A DNA stretch of 58,933 nucleotides, the filler included, from Trichosphaerium sp. ATCC 40318 (lineage: Eukaryota; Protista; Tubulinea), in assembly GCA_038496445.1 (NCBI GenBank). It is 3 parts of 3 records of this genome, joined end to end, with 100 filler letters (N's around TTAATTAATTAA, not from the genome) between each part and the next. Parts side by side here need not be neighbours in the genome. Positions count along the whole stretch, not along the records: positions 26,432 to 48,441 come from JALMLS010000392.1; positions 48,542 to 58,933 come from JALMLS010000016.1; 1 more part is not named here. The stretch is one strand, 5' to 3'. The notes below the pieces were generated by a model. That model worked only from the letters and a program-made list of their open reading frames with translations. It was not told the DNA's origin and made no database searches. Made by a program: the position numbers and the translations under genes. The first letter of the stretch is position 1; every line of letters begins with the position of its first letter. Below, piece by piece: positions 37,930 to 51,295 of the stretch.

Positions 37930-37932
37930 TTC

Positions 37933-39003
37933 TGTAAGAGAGTTTATGTACACACTACCAGGGCTGAAACTAAATAAGGCTTTTTTTGCAAAAGCCATTT
38001 TTTTGCCACCAAATACAGCCTTATTTTTCACCAAATTGCCTTGTTTTTGCCAAAAAAAATGAGCAAATATGAGGCATTGCCTTGTAATTTTGGGCTTTGA
38101 AGCCTCATATTTGGGCCAAATAGCAAGCAACTGGTTCACTAATTAGCCTTAAAATAGCCTGCATTGTTGGTCCAATAATGCCTCATTTTTTGTGCAACAA
38201 TAAGGCATTTTTGCCCTCAATTTTTGGGCATAACCCAGGCACCATATACTCATAAAACAAAGCTTTATATAGGCATACAATAGTGATTCATTTATTAAAG
38301 TACAGTACACAAAACACAAAAAACTGCAATGTCCTCCATGTGAAAAAAAACCTTTAGCTAGAAAAAAAAATTAACAAATTATTGGTATAATTTTCGCGGA
38401 CTGGAAAAATGGTTTAAAGTACCTATACTCCTGTTGTAAGTGCATTTGGGTGCTGCGGTTCGAATGGCGGTGGTTTCGTTAGAATCCATAAACTACTAAG
38501 CGCTTGGTGACGGCGTCTATATAAAACGTCAGTAGTAAATGAAAAAAAATGTTTAGGAAGTGTTGGTGTGGTGGAAACTTACCTTAAACCAATGTATCCT
38601 TAATGTACAATGTGTACACAACCAATGCCTAATTGGTGCCTGTAAATTTAAGGCTGGCAATGCATGAAAAAACTAGGGCAGGCATTGCCTAAAAAAAACA
38701 AGGCATTGCAACAATTAAGGCATGGCCCAACAAAGCCTTATTTCAATGCCTGATTTTTGCCTTTTTTGCCATTGCCTTTGCAAAATCAGGCATTGCCATT
38801 TTTGCATGCCTGATTTTTGCCATCAATGCCTGATTTTAAAAAAATGCCTTCATATTTAAGGCAAAGCCTTGTTTAGTTTCAGCCCTGACCAATCACATTA
38901 TTAAAAACTCCTGTTAAACACCGACTCCGGTTAACCCCGGGTGTACGGTGCAATACACAATAATAAATACACAGTTAACCACGCCTCTCAAATAGTCTTA
39001 ACA
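37933..39003 (+). repeat. 3' LTR interrupted by TIR element copy C
   Basis: LTR halves 37933-37958 and 38888-39003; followed by TSD TTGT. Confidence 0.9.
37959..38887 (+). mobile_element. 929-bp TIR element, copy C, with a 2-bp TSD (AC)
   Basis: Empty site in the 5' LTR is cacactACcaatc; filled site is cacactAC|CAGGG...CCCTG|ACcaatc. Confidence 0.92.
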
Positions 39004-40651
39004 TTGTAAGCGTCACGATGTACTGCGAATCAATTCCGTTTCAAACAGCTTATTCTTGCAAAGTAAGGCACGTCTACGATTAATACAGTGTACATATAGT
39101 TTTAATGTCATGTTGGAGTGGTTTAGTGACGTTTCAAGTAGGTAAACGTGTTCTTCCGTTGTACTTTGTGTTTGACGTAGAAAACAGTGAGAAGTGTAGC
39201 ATTGCAATAGAATTTGCAGTTTATAGCTCTTTTAAAGCAGTAGATGACGTTTCGTGTCAAAAAACGTGATCTGTGGGGTTTTTTGTGTGATCGCTCTGTG
39301 ACTGTTTTAATTATGTTTTTCAGCAGTACGCACTCATTAATATATGTTACTAGTTACAAAGCACGTTTTCACGCTCGTTAAAACTATTTCACCCGTTTTC
39401 GTTTAATTGGCCCTAATACATTACTGTGAAAACACGCAGTACTCAAATAAAGTCTGAAACTTCTTATTGGAGTGAGTCGCAAGTTTGTTTTCGTTTACTT
39501 GTGAGGTTGAATCTTTCTGTGGATATCCTTGAGTAAACCAACGCCATACGCGTAGAAATAACTTCGTTAGTCTGCATACGACGTATACTACATGTTCAAG
39601 AAAATTGGTTTGTTCAGAAATGGAATTCGCCGTTGCACTGCCCCAAACGCCTTTTTGTTAATGTAATATGATTATACTTACGCAATGGCGTGTATACAGA
39701 TGGTTTGTAAGGATTTTGTGCCTTTTTGGAGTGTTTTATAAATTGCTCAGCACAAAGTAAACCAATTTGAAAAACAGTTGCACGTCAAGTACTCCCGTTG
39801 GCAAGGCTTTGCTGTCAGAGGTTTTAGTGTAAACGGTATTTTACTCAGCTCAACGTAAACCAATTCGAACCAAAGTCACAACTATCTGAATCACCATGGA
39901 CAGGGCTACAGGTATTGTCTATCCCACAATTTTTTTTTGTTTGAGTTTCAGGTGTATAAAAGAAAACGAATATATCGTGTTATCGTATTTGTAAAAAAGT
40001 ACCATGAGCACTTATCATGTAAAAATTCTGAAATGATCTCAATGCCCAAAATCTGTCTTGGATGCGCCAAAGCTATAATGACCCTGAAATAACTGACTAA
40101 GACCGTAACCTGGTAGCCATATCTTTTTGTGAAAAATCCTTTGGTGCCGTATCTATCTGACTTCCATGAAGGGGTTAGCCAGTGATTGATTCCGGCGCGT
40201 TGCAAATTACATAGCATCAAACCTTGATTTCGACCTAAGTATTCTCATAATTTTCTTACTTTTTGATACAATTTATCTAAAGTTACCAAACTTTTTTGGG
40301 TATTCTCGCTAAACTGCATACTTCTGGTACATGATTGTTTGTTAAGTGGTATTTACACTAATAAAAACCTCCCTAAATATGAATACAGCATTGAAGTCTA
40401 TTGTTTTGGTGAATTATCTTTGCTTGTTGGTACACCTTTACTAAAGAATACACGTTTTACGATCTATTTTATTGCAAAGCAATAGTAGACAATGAGAACA
40501 ATGCATTGGCGGGTGCACAAGAATTTACAAGAGGGCTACTTAATCAAAGGATATACACAAGAGTTGCTTATTAAATGAAGGCCCGCAAGCTATTGTAGTA
40601 ATGAACGCTGGCCCTACCTTTGTTTTATGTAAGCACTATTACTTTTGTGTT

Positions 40652-42928
40652 TTATTTATTGTAATTCTCATAGTTTGCTTGTTGCTTGTATAGATTATTG
40701 AGGCGCTGTTTTTCTTCATTGATAAGTTTCTCCAACTTCTGTATCTTTAGTAAACTTGCTTGTTTCTCATCTTCAATTGTTTTCCAATCTTTGGCTTTAT
40801 TGGCATGTGATTGAGGAGGCGTAGTTTCTAAAAGGATTTAACGAGATTTAAAAAACAATAATTGTCACTTGACTCACCTTTTTTAATACAATCCGAAGGT
40901 TTCGTTGATGATTTGAACTGGTAGTAACCAGATGTGCCTTCAAACTCCTCACCGTCATCCTCTCCTGTCAGATCAATCTCAATTTCTTCTTCTGTATTAA
41001 ATAAGAAAGGTAAGATAAGGCGTAAAATTGACAACATGTGATTACCATCGTTGTTATCTGTATCTATTTTGTGTACATGTTTGAAACTCTTGGCGTCAGA
41101 TGAATCTTCTTTTGTTGGTGAGCTCTTCTTTTCTGTTTTAATTCGAGGTGTTTGTGGTTGTTCTTCATTTGAATCGATGTTGGTTGTACTTGGTGCTTGT
41201 ACAGGAAGTATGTTTATGGTATCATCAAAAACTATGCTAGGAGCATCTCCATCATTGCTTCTATGTTCAGCCTCATTTCCAAGGCTGATTTCGTTGTTTT
41301 TACGGTTTGCAAACCATGGGACATTAACAGAATATTTATACTACAATCGGATTAAAAAAATTACTAACAAGAACACAACGCATATGTTTCGGGATATCTA
41401 CCTTGTACATTTGTACGGGGTTATATGAAGTAATGCCACAAGCACTGAAGTCTTTTCCATGCTTTAATTTGATGCATTAATGAGAAGATGTGTAAAGGAG
41501 ATACATAAGATGACAGATCAACGATACCTTTGGTTTAAAGTTCTGTACAATTGATGGTCTTAAAATAAACTTTCTGTATCTAATTGTATTACTCTTTGCA
41601 TTTCCCAAGTAATTGTGAATAGTTTGTCCTTTGTTAAATATCTTTTGTTTCACACCATTGACATTATCTTGGGTCTCAATCGCTATCTTAAAATTTTCTT
41701 GTAAAAAAAAAACAAACAAAAAGAATTCACTCATCAGTTTGGTAATACCTGTTCCACTAAACCTCCCCAAGGCTGGCCATTTTTACCATTACCCTTGGTT
41801 ATCTTAAGCCATTTTACTCGTCTGAAAGGAAGCATTTGAGCATCGCTACAAACCTTGGTTCCTGGAAGAAAGAAAATAGCTTAGAAATAATCTCAGAGTA
41901 GTAAAGTGTACCAGTTAAATCAGACTCCATTGCATACTCAACTCCACCGGCCACTTTTCCAACAATATATTCCTTGTGTTTTGGATCTTGTACAATAACA
42001 GCGTCACCTATTTTCATCTTGAAGAACAATGCACTAAACTTGTTTAGTTGGTAAGCTGAAGTGTAAAAAAAAAATGATTTGCAGCTGGACTCCTTTAACC
42101 ATGTTAGAGTCCCACATGTGTGAATGTTTCCTGTGTTTATTTTGGTGCATAGCAGATAAGTACCACGCCAGTAAATTAGATTGAAAAAGAAATCTCTAGC
42201 TTACTTCATAGTTTTGTAATATCCACTGTCTCCACCTGGCATCAACTTAGTCATCACCCCAACCCTCTTATCATCCTTGACGGGCCTTATTTATAAGTTA
42301 CAATTGAGCTTTGTTGTTTAAAAGAACTAACGTAAGTTTATCCATCAATTCAACAATGGCAAGTGTTTCTTCTCCCCAAAAAGGTGTCACAAAACTAAAG
42401 AATAGTAAGCTACCATTTTTTGATACCATAATGAACATAGACGTGTATGATAGATTTCATTACACGTGTATCATCATCACTTGTTAACTTTCAAACAACA
42501 AATGCTCAGTGCCTCCATACACAAGTGCCCATACGAACTAACATCAGAAGTGGTAATACATCGTGTTGAAGTGAAAGTATGGTTATTGTTGTAGCGTAAA
42601 ACACCATAATGTGCGGTTTTTTTCGTACCCTTTGGCTTTAAACGATTCATATACTTGTCGTGTCGTAAATGCTGATACAAAAACTTTCCAAAGTGGTGGA
42701 TCTGGCTCTTTTTTCGCTTTTTTTCGCCCCTTACAGCAAGATGCTTTACGCTTTCGCTTTGTACACTTCGTTTTATTTGCGTTCATCGCTTAAATAAACC
42801 CTGTTATTAACGTGTATTGTACCCAAGGACTCTTATCGTAAAGTACTGTAAGGTATGAGTGTATTAAAACAAAGTAAACGACGCAAAAATATTCGCTATC
42901 TTTTTCTACTTTTTTCTTGTTTTTCCAT
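40652..42928 (-). CDS. Multi-exon hypothetical nuclear protein with a possible EVE/PUA-like domain
   Basis: Basic NLS-like KRKRK/RKKAKK; FFKMKIGDAVIVQDPKHKEYIVGKVAGGVEY; acidic linker; C-terminal coiled coil; boundaries uncertain. Confidence 0.4.
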
Positions 42929-43408
42929 GGAGTGTTCTTATCGATTGGAGTACTCATCCTATACACGCCAAGGCTCGTTGCGTTCAGTCGGTGGTCTTGC
43001 TACAACACATGTTTGTGGTTTGACAGTGTTGAGTTTGCGATTGTGCAATGACAACTCGAAGTAGAGAACTCATAGTACCAACTAAAGAACATAGCCTGGA
43101 CCTCAACACGTCACAATTCTGTTGCCACCATGTAATGCTCGTACTAATAGAAAAAGCATGTTTTCTGTTCGAAAAACCAAACCACACAATGACGAAACAA
43201 CGCTTGCCGGAAACACGTGCTATTTTTCAAAAAAAGATGATACTTTGCTTTCAACTACACATAATTTATGTATTGTCTTCTTTATTTGAATTATATGTAA
43301 AGTATCCAAGTTACATGTTACACAGTGTGTTTGCAGCTAAAAAGCGCAAAAAGGAGAGAAGAAAAGCTTCAACGGACGAAAGCATCTTCACACACCATTG
43401 AATCATAT

Positions 43409-45650
43409 CTAGATTCCACCAGCGAGTTTCTGGAGGCAGTAGTCTGCTCCTTGCTCTTGCCACTCGTTCTTGTTGACCCTAGCAACAACACTTAGAGAAA
43501 AAAAACACAAAACAAGGCTACCCCAAGACAAAAGAGGTCTTCAGACTTTAAAAAAAACGTACCAAAATGAGTCTTTGTCTTTCATAATCTCAGCCAATAC
43601 AGCACCGCCCAAAAATACCATGTGCTTACGACGAGGAGGATCTTCGATACGGCATTTAAATTTCTACAAACACAAAATAAGTTAGTCGCAGGTACCTCAA
43701 ATTTCAAAAAAAAAAAAAAACCACAACAGCCCAAGTTCGTGACTTGAGGCTGAAATGGTGGAGCGGTTAAAACGTACCCTAATAACATCAGGGTTACCCT
43801 TAGCACATCGTTCAGCGTAAAGTGAGCGAATATCTTTCTCTAATCGGGATGGAAGTCCAGGGTACATAGTGGAACCACCAGAAAGTACAATGTGTTGGTA
43901 AAATTCAGGACGAGTATCCATATCAGCTTTCTACAAAAAAGGGGACCAAATTAATAAAAAAATCCAAACATTCAAACAACAGCGTGACAAGTGCTTTTAA
44001 AGTGTCACAAGATTTTCTGGAGGTGTTTTTCTTTAATGTGTACCTGGATGCAGTTAAATACAGCTTCGGCCATTCCCATGCTCTCTACGTCAACAAGACC
44101 AGGTTGGAATAATGCTTCTGGAGCCATGAAACGTTCGCGACCAACTTTGATGACACGACCGTCCGGAAGCTTTAAAAAAAAACCGCGTGAGTGATGTGAA
44201 TTGTGAGATAAAGGAAGAAAAAGCGGTACAAGCGAAAAATCAAAAAAAAAAAGTCCGCAAGCGCAATCGAAAAACAACGAAAAAAATTATCAAGCGGGAC
44301 ATTGATTTGTTCAAAGGGAAGTGAGGACTTTAGAAAAAAAGAAAACATTCGAATGGAAACGGCATTGTGACACGGCTTGTATGTAATAAAAATAAATAAA
44401 TTACCTTGTACTGTTGTACGAGTGTTGTTGTCTCTTGAGCTAGTACATTCTCGAGCTTCAAATCGTAACTGTCAAGTAGTTTTAGTTTTCGGTTTAAAAA
44501 AGATTACGGTTTCGCTTTCTACATACCCTGCATAGCATACTTGTTCTTTAATTTGACGGACAGTCTCGAAATCAGCGGTTCTGTTGAAAGCGTAACTAAC
44601 GCACAAAAATTAGCGTAAAAACATGCTAGAAAAACGCCATGGGTATCGGACAAACCAATGAGACTATTTAAAAAAAAAAAAGAATCACTTTCTGCCAAAA
44701 CCCAACGATCAACAAAAAAAACATGACAGGCGCTACAAATGAGATGAACGTACCCGCGAAGTAGCAACAATTTGATCAAATATTTGGTTACGTCACGTCC
44801 AGCCACATCAATACGTTGTGTAAGATGTGGAAGCGCAAAACCTTCGTATACAGGTACAACGTGTGTAACACCATCACCAGAATCGACGACAACACCTGTC
44901 AAAAGACCTAGTGGTTTTTGAGTCGTTTTGTGTCGCTAAAAGCAGATGGTACAAGATCTTGGGCTAAATAAATAGAACTACGACGTACCTTGTGCGTATA
45001 GCGTCAAGATGGCTTGAATAGCGACGTAAGCGCTCTTGAAACCGTACTTTTCAAACATAACCTCAAGCATTTTTTTCCTGTTCTTTAGAGGATTGAGAGG
45101 TGGTTCTGTCAATAGGATTTTGCAATCCTCGCAGTTGATTTTGAGCTTTTCGTTAAAGGTGTAGTCCCATATGTGCAAGATATCGTCCCAGTTCCTTACA
45201 ATACCATTATCTAGAGGATAACTGATTTGAAGCATAGAACGGAGCAAAGCAGCTTCATCACCGACCATAATGTCCTACAAAACGCGAGGCCGTGTCAGGT
45301 GTACAAATTACAAAACACCAAACAGGCTACCAAAACAAAACAGTTTTTTTTTTTTCGTTTTTGGTGTCAAGCCCTACAAAGAGGCTAAACTGAACTCTAT
45401 CGTTGTACCTTGATCTGAACGCCCTCTACTTTCTCTTCAGAACGAAGAATCGGACGTCCAACCATCGAAGGGAAAATTGCTGTGGGAAAGTTGGCTCCTG
45501 CGAACCCACATTTTACAAACTAATTTAATTTAGCATTTACAGCGCTTGTACAGCTGATCAGAGTTTGTGACGATTAAAAAACTTTTTCACAGCTCCATAG
45601 GTGCTTACACCGGTTCCGTTATCACAAACGATCACGTTACGCGAGTCCAT
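43409..45650 (-). CDS. ARP2: Actin-related protein 2 (Arp2/3 complex)
   Basis: [73 protein letters not shown]. Confidence 0.96.
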
Positions 45651-46056
45651 TGTGTTTGTCGTTAGTATGACTAAAAAAAGGGCAAAAGTTAAGTCAGAAG
45701 TACAATTTATTCACTGGATCGCTCTGCAACTGATATACACAGAGTTTTAGGGTGGTTCACTATTATTATCGAACGTGTAGTATTGAACGACTTTTTTTCA
45801 AAGGAGAAGCGCTTCTAGCCTGTTTCAACAAAGCAAGTGGGAAATTGTGCTGAAGTCGCTTGTCTAGCGAAAACTGAGCGTAAATACGTTCACTCACGAT
45901 CAAAAGCAGTACAACGCAACCCGTTATCGTAAAACAAGGCGTCGGGTTCATTTTTTAACGCCCATAACGCAAGTCACCAAAAAAAATGTTTAACATTTTT
46001 CGTATTTGTACAAATGTGTTTGTTGCAATCACCAAACATAAAAAATCAAGCCATAT

Positions 46057-48381
46057 TCATAAAATCGGCTCCTTCCAGATTAATATCCTAAAAAAACCAT
46101 CAATTGCGTTTTGATCAAAACAAAAACAATGAACGTTGCTACGCACGTTAGACATGTATCCAATAGCATGCATAAACTTTACTCCCCAAGAGCCAATAGC
46201 GTAAACAGTTTCATGAAAGCATAAATTCGCCTCAAACATCAAATAATTTATCCACCTTTGTACATATCCCTCATCACCAATATCGTATGCAAGCGCCCTA
46301 ATAGTATTTTTAAATAATTGTTCTTGGTACATGCACGTGATTATTGGTACGTACTTTGCTGACTCCCTACCGAGAATAGTAAATCTGTTAACTGAAAATA
46401 AACTGGTTAGATATCCATAAAAATATTTGAGGGTTTTTTTGTACCAGGAGCGCCAAGGTCGTAGTTGATACTTCTAACCAAGTTTCTAGAATACCGTTAG
46501 TCATTGTATTTGCTGTAAACTTCGTTCATAGACATACAGAGTACGAAAGAACATCAGTAATTCCGTTGGCATTTTCTTCATTGCAGCCATTATATCGTCC
46601 ATCATTTCAACTTCCATCTTTCTTACAAGTTTAAGAAGAGTAGATCTGTTTATCCTTCCTTGTAATGCGAAATTGATACCATCCATGGCCCTTTACAGGG
46701 TTAACTTTCTATTTACAAGTAATGATTAAACGTACTGCATGTCAGTCGGTCGCATTAAAATCATAAAACAAGCAAGTCGCCAATCATCAAAACCAAGTAT
46801 TTCTGCATTCTCTTGCATACCTTTTTTATCATTCATAATGCACGCCTAAGCAATCACTGTAAATTAGTAAACTAGTGACTATAGCCGACCTTATAGAACC
46901 GGCTCAAAGAACGTCGTGAGCTATCGCTGATTTCCTGATATAATCCATGATCTAACAAAACAACCTCATGACAGTGTTAGAATGGACGACAACCAGCGTT
47001 AGGGTCGAGATCTTCTTACTTGTGTCAAATCACTCTGAGATGGGTGCTTTCGCACAAATATATTTCCAGGATGAGGATCACCATGAAGGAAACCATGTCT
47101 GAATATTTGTTCACCAATACATTGAATTGTTTTTGTTAAAGCATCAATCACCGAAATACCAGCATTTCTCATCCCTTTTACGTCTGTTATCTTAATACCA
47201 TGTATATACTCCATAGTCAATATATGCCTTGATGTGTGTTCCCAATAAACCTTGGTTCATTAGATTGCCAACAGTAAAACAAAAATCGAAGAGTCATTTC
47301 GTACTTTTGGAATGTAATACTGTGCAGCATTTCCAAAGTTCTTAGCAGCTCTCTCGGAGTTTCTACCCTCTGTCGTAAAATCTTCGTACAAGTCAGCTTC
47401 TAAAATATTAATTAATATTAAGTAGTACCTAGTTCCTTTGCCAAGGACTCTTCTATAGTATCATGTGCCCACGAAAGGTCATATTTAGGAAAAGCCCAAG
47501 CAAGTAATGTAAGCAATACACGATGAGTCAGTAAGTCACCCTTGAATTGTCGTTTAATGTGAGGGTATTGTATCTTAACAGCCACTTCTGTGCCATCCTT
47601 AAGAACACCACGGTGAACTTGCCTATATTGTGTCAAACACGTGAGTTCTAATTCATATATTTTTTTTAAGTTGTACGCTAAGGAAGCTGCAGCAATTGGT
47701 TTTGTGTCAACATGTGCAAAAATATCTGTGTATGGAACTCCGAAATCATCCTTGAAAACAGACTCTAGTCCATGTATATCAACACAAGGCACTTGATCTT
47801 GTAACACCTAAAACTCACGTTAGATTTTACGGAAGAGTTGTCAAACATTTTTTTTCCCAACAGTATTGATATCAATTCCTTTCTTATTCTTACTTTCAAT
47901 GTGTCTGTCCATTCCGGACCAAGAACTTGGTTATTAGCAGCCATATATTGACCAACTTTTATGTACAAACCTCCATTAGTAAGACACAAACCAAGTGTCT
48001 TTTGGGCACTTCTTAAATTTACAATAGATAACAAATCATCAAACTCATCCCCTTCATAAGTCGGATGTCCTTCAATGTTGAATTTATAATCAACAGCGAT
48101 CGTTGCAGCCTGTTTTTAGAATTTAACAAATTGTTTTAACGTAAGAATCCGTAAAAAGCGTTAAACAGTTATAAACGCACCACAGCGATTGCTCTAGTGA
48201 ACCTGACGCTTCCTTCTAACAGATTAAACACTGATTCGTTGTTATAGGCAAGGAGACCAGCTGCAGATACTCCGAATGCGCCTAGTAACCATAAACGGCT
48301 CGTATTATCACCTATTAGTTTGTCAGGAAGTGTTTTAATTTCTCCGAGTCGTAAAATAAGTAATAACGCTTTATTACGCAC
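46057..48381 (-). CDS. ABC1/ADCK (aarF-domain) atypical kinase, ADCK1/5-like; start uncertain near the contig end
   Basis: NGGLYIKVGQY, LQDQVP, PIAAASLAQVHRG..VAVKIQYP, GFLHGDPHPGNIFVR, LLDHG. Confidence 0.9.
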
Positions 48382-48441
48382 TCTTTGTTGTGTTGGAAAC
48401 TGTACGAACGGGTTTTACTGCTTTTGTTCGGAATTTGCTTC

Positions 48442-48541
48442 NNNNNNNNNNNNNNNNNNNNNNNNNNNNNNNNNNNNNNNNNNNNTTAATTAATTAANNN
48501 NNNNNNNNNNNNNNNNNNNNNNNNNNNNNNNNNNNNNNNNN
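48442..48541. other. Artificial contig linker
   Basis: N-run with TTAATTAATTAA, 100 nt in total. Confidence 0.97.
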
Positions 48542-48875
48542 AATAAGGTTTCAGTTAGTTATTCGTTCATACTGTTGCATATTGTTTTATGACTCTAATG
48601 TCGCCCAAATGCAATGTCAACGTTGAATGAAACAAAAGAAAGAAATGTTATGATTAATAAACGTGATGGAACGTATTGAATCTTGAAAAAAAAACCCCCA
48701 AAATTCTTTCGAAAACAGACTACAAGCAACTGAGATAAAAGCATGAGTTTCACTTTCAAATGATATAGGCAACCTATGGGTAACGATTTGTGGTTCAAAT
48801 GTACACAGTAAAAGAACAAACTGGTCGTAAGCCGCAGCTTCAAAACAAAGATGGTTAACAAACAATAAAGGCTAT

Positions 48876-51199
48876 TTATTGTGTGCAAGGGTAAGGACAC
48901 CATCTAGTAGTACTTGAGTACTGACCAGTTTTTGGTACAGACATCATACTAAAGGTTGACTGCAAGTTCAATGTTGGCTTCTCGCTCAAAATCTAAAAAA
49001 CAAATTAACCAACCAATTTGTCAAATTGAGGGTTTAAGAGACTATACCTTCAGTAGAGCTTGTGCATTTACGTTGTCTTGTCCTAGGGCATCCATATGAC
49101 GGTTACCAGGTACACGTCTATCATCAAACCAAGGAGCAGGGTTCCAATGATCGTAGTTGGTCTGTAAGAGATACCACTTTCCTGGTTCATCTCCGAGAAC
49201 CCAAGGATGGTTTGAAGGATCTTTTCTGTTTCTGGAAAGTACAGTACCTTTAAAAAAAACGCATTAGAAACAATTGATTTTGTCTAAAAAGTTGAAGTCA
49301 TTCGAACCTTGTCCGGCTTTGTTTCCGCCGATGATGTAGTAGACGTCAGCAATAAGTAAATCATCACTTAGTTGCTCTACAGCTGCAGGGTAGTCGTTTT
49401 CGTTTTGGAGTACCTCACGTGACAAGAACGTGACAAGGGAAGCATTCTTTTCTTCAATAGCAGCAATTGCTTCATAAAAGAATTCTTTGAGACCTCCTGG
49501 GTAGAAACGTGTATTGACAGAGATAGAAAACTCTCCTGGCTTCTGTCCACTCAATGCACCGACGTAACCTTAACAAGAATGAGAAAACATACTGTAAGTT
49601 TGTCTCTGTTTGTAAATTTGTTTTTGAGAATCACACGTGATTGTTTCTATTTTAAGGACTTTAATGTTAGTTTTCACGTGCCTGCCAATGTGGTTGTTTT
49701 AAAGATTGTTTTGTTTCCTCTTTGGTAGTGTGCTTCGTATGTGATGTCCTTCAAGGTATCTGTGAAACCCATACCGGCCCAGAAGTCCATATTACGTGCA
49801 TGGTATATTGTACCATCTTTACCTTGGGCGACAATAGATGTACAAGCATCACTTAAAAAGATAGTGAGATTAAAAGGTTAAAAATCAAATCTTTTGTTCA
49901 TTCGTCATGTGACGACAAAAAACTTATTTCATTTACGTTTCCGTACCTCAATTCGTATCCCAAATTTAATAGGGACAACCAACCAGGGGAAATACCAATC
50001 TGTTTGGCGCAACCTCGCAATCTTGAGATAGTTAAATTGATACTGTGTTCGAGTCATATTATTTGATGTACGTACTCTGCAGCGTATTCAGTTGGGAAAT
50101 AAAAGTAGTTCAAGGCATCTCCAATATCGGATATTACAGGAGCAACATCACCAAGCAATTTTTTGACCTGTACAAGAAAGTGTAAACCAAGACTGTCTCA
50201 GATCCGAGATTTGTTCAAAAAAAAAAAAAAAAGCAACATGTTTTTACGTACAGTGTTCACTAGGAACAGAGCGTTGCTTTTAAACGCAGGTACTGAGCAT
50301 ACTTCCTTGTCTAAAGTAATGTGAGTTGAGGTCAAATGGATAAACTATTATCCGTCGTATTTTTTTCTTGGTTTTTTAACGTACATCTATCCTCTGGGGC
50401 AAGATCCAAGTTAATGAGGTATGTATTTACTGGAGAAGGATCAACGTGTGTTTTAAATGGAGGACATAGATCAATCTCATAGCATATACGAGAAACAGTC
50501 CATTGTTGGGTAAGCATTTTAAACTAGGATATTGTTAGAGCGCTCGCTTGCTAAAATACAAAAAAAATTCATGAGAAAAAAATACTACTAGGTAGATTGT
50601 GTGGCACGTTATTTTTTTTTTGATGTTTGTTTTGTCTGTAAATTCACGTGAGATGGTTAGGAAAACAAAAAGGGAAAGAAGCGCTTAAAATACATTGAAG
50701 GCATACAATGTCAGGTATGGTATTAGCAACTGTCAGGCAAATTGTCTTGAGGTCGCCTGCGAGGGAGTTACATAGATCTTCAGTCAATTTTTCGGTCACT
50801 TCAGCCTCTGTAATGTTCTCCAATAATAATCCTTCGAGCTCGTTTACGGCAATACCGCAAATTGCGCCTAAGAAGAAAATAAGGTGGACTTTTCTAAAAA
50901 TGAAAAACAATTAAAAACGACAATCTTTTTTGTTGGTTTAGCTTGGCCACGTTTTTGAGCACGTGGGTTTGTAATTTTTTTGGAAGGTTCCAACATAAAG
51001 CGCTAATTATGAAGGCGTTGTAAGGCGTACAGTCGAATGTTAGGTCGTCTGGATTAGCAGCTTTAAATTCGGCAATATCGTTTTTCGTTTGAGCAGGAAT
51101 CTTATCCAACATAGCCTTCAAGGAAGGTTTTTGGAGTGTTGGTAAGCACAAAACTGTAGCACAGAGAATGGCAAACACCAGAACAAACTTGAGATCCAT
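48876..51199 (-). CDS. Acid ceramidase/NAAA-family Ntn hydrolase with an N-terminal saposin-B-type domain
   Basis: Signal peptide; C..C..AVNELE...LC...C...C..IDLC saposin pattern; YLINLDLAPEDR; ACTSIVAQ..YHARNMDF (nucleophile Cys); GYVGALSGQKPGEFSISVNTRF. Confidence 0.88.
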
Positions 51200-51295
51200 T
51201 GTGTGGGTAACTGCGTTGAGAAAATAGCGGTGACTTAGATTGGAAGTTAAGTTGTTGTGCTGCAAGAACAGAAAGTGAAAAATAAATAGCAAATT

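Larger units (their letters stand above)
33803..39003 (+). mobile_element. Ty3/Gypsy LTR retrotransposon, internally deleted and rearranged, with three nested TIR elements
   Basis: TG...CA 140-bp LTRs, 4-bp TSD TTGT on both sides, PBS, PPT, and gag, RT/RNaseH and integrase remnants. Confidence 0.92.

Noticed and set aside
39010-40600. Possible degraded gene next to the LTR element
   Set aside because: Fragments with stops in all frames and no recognisable domain
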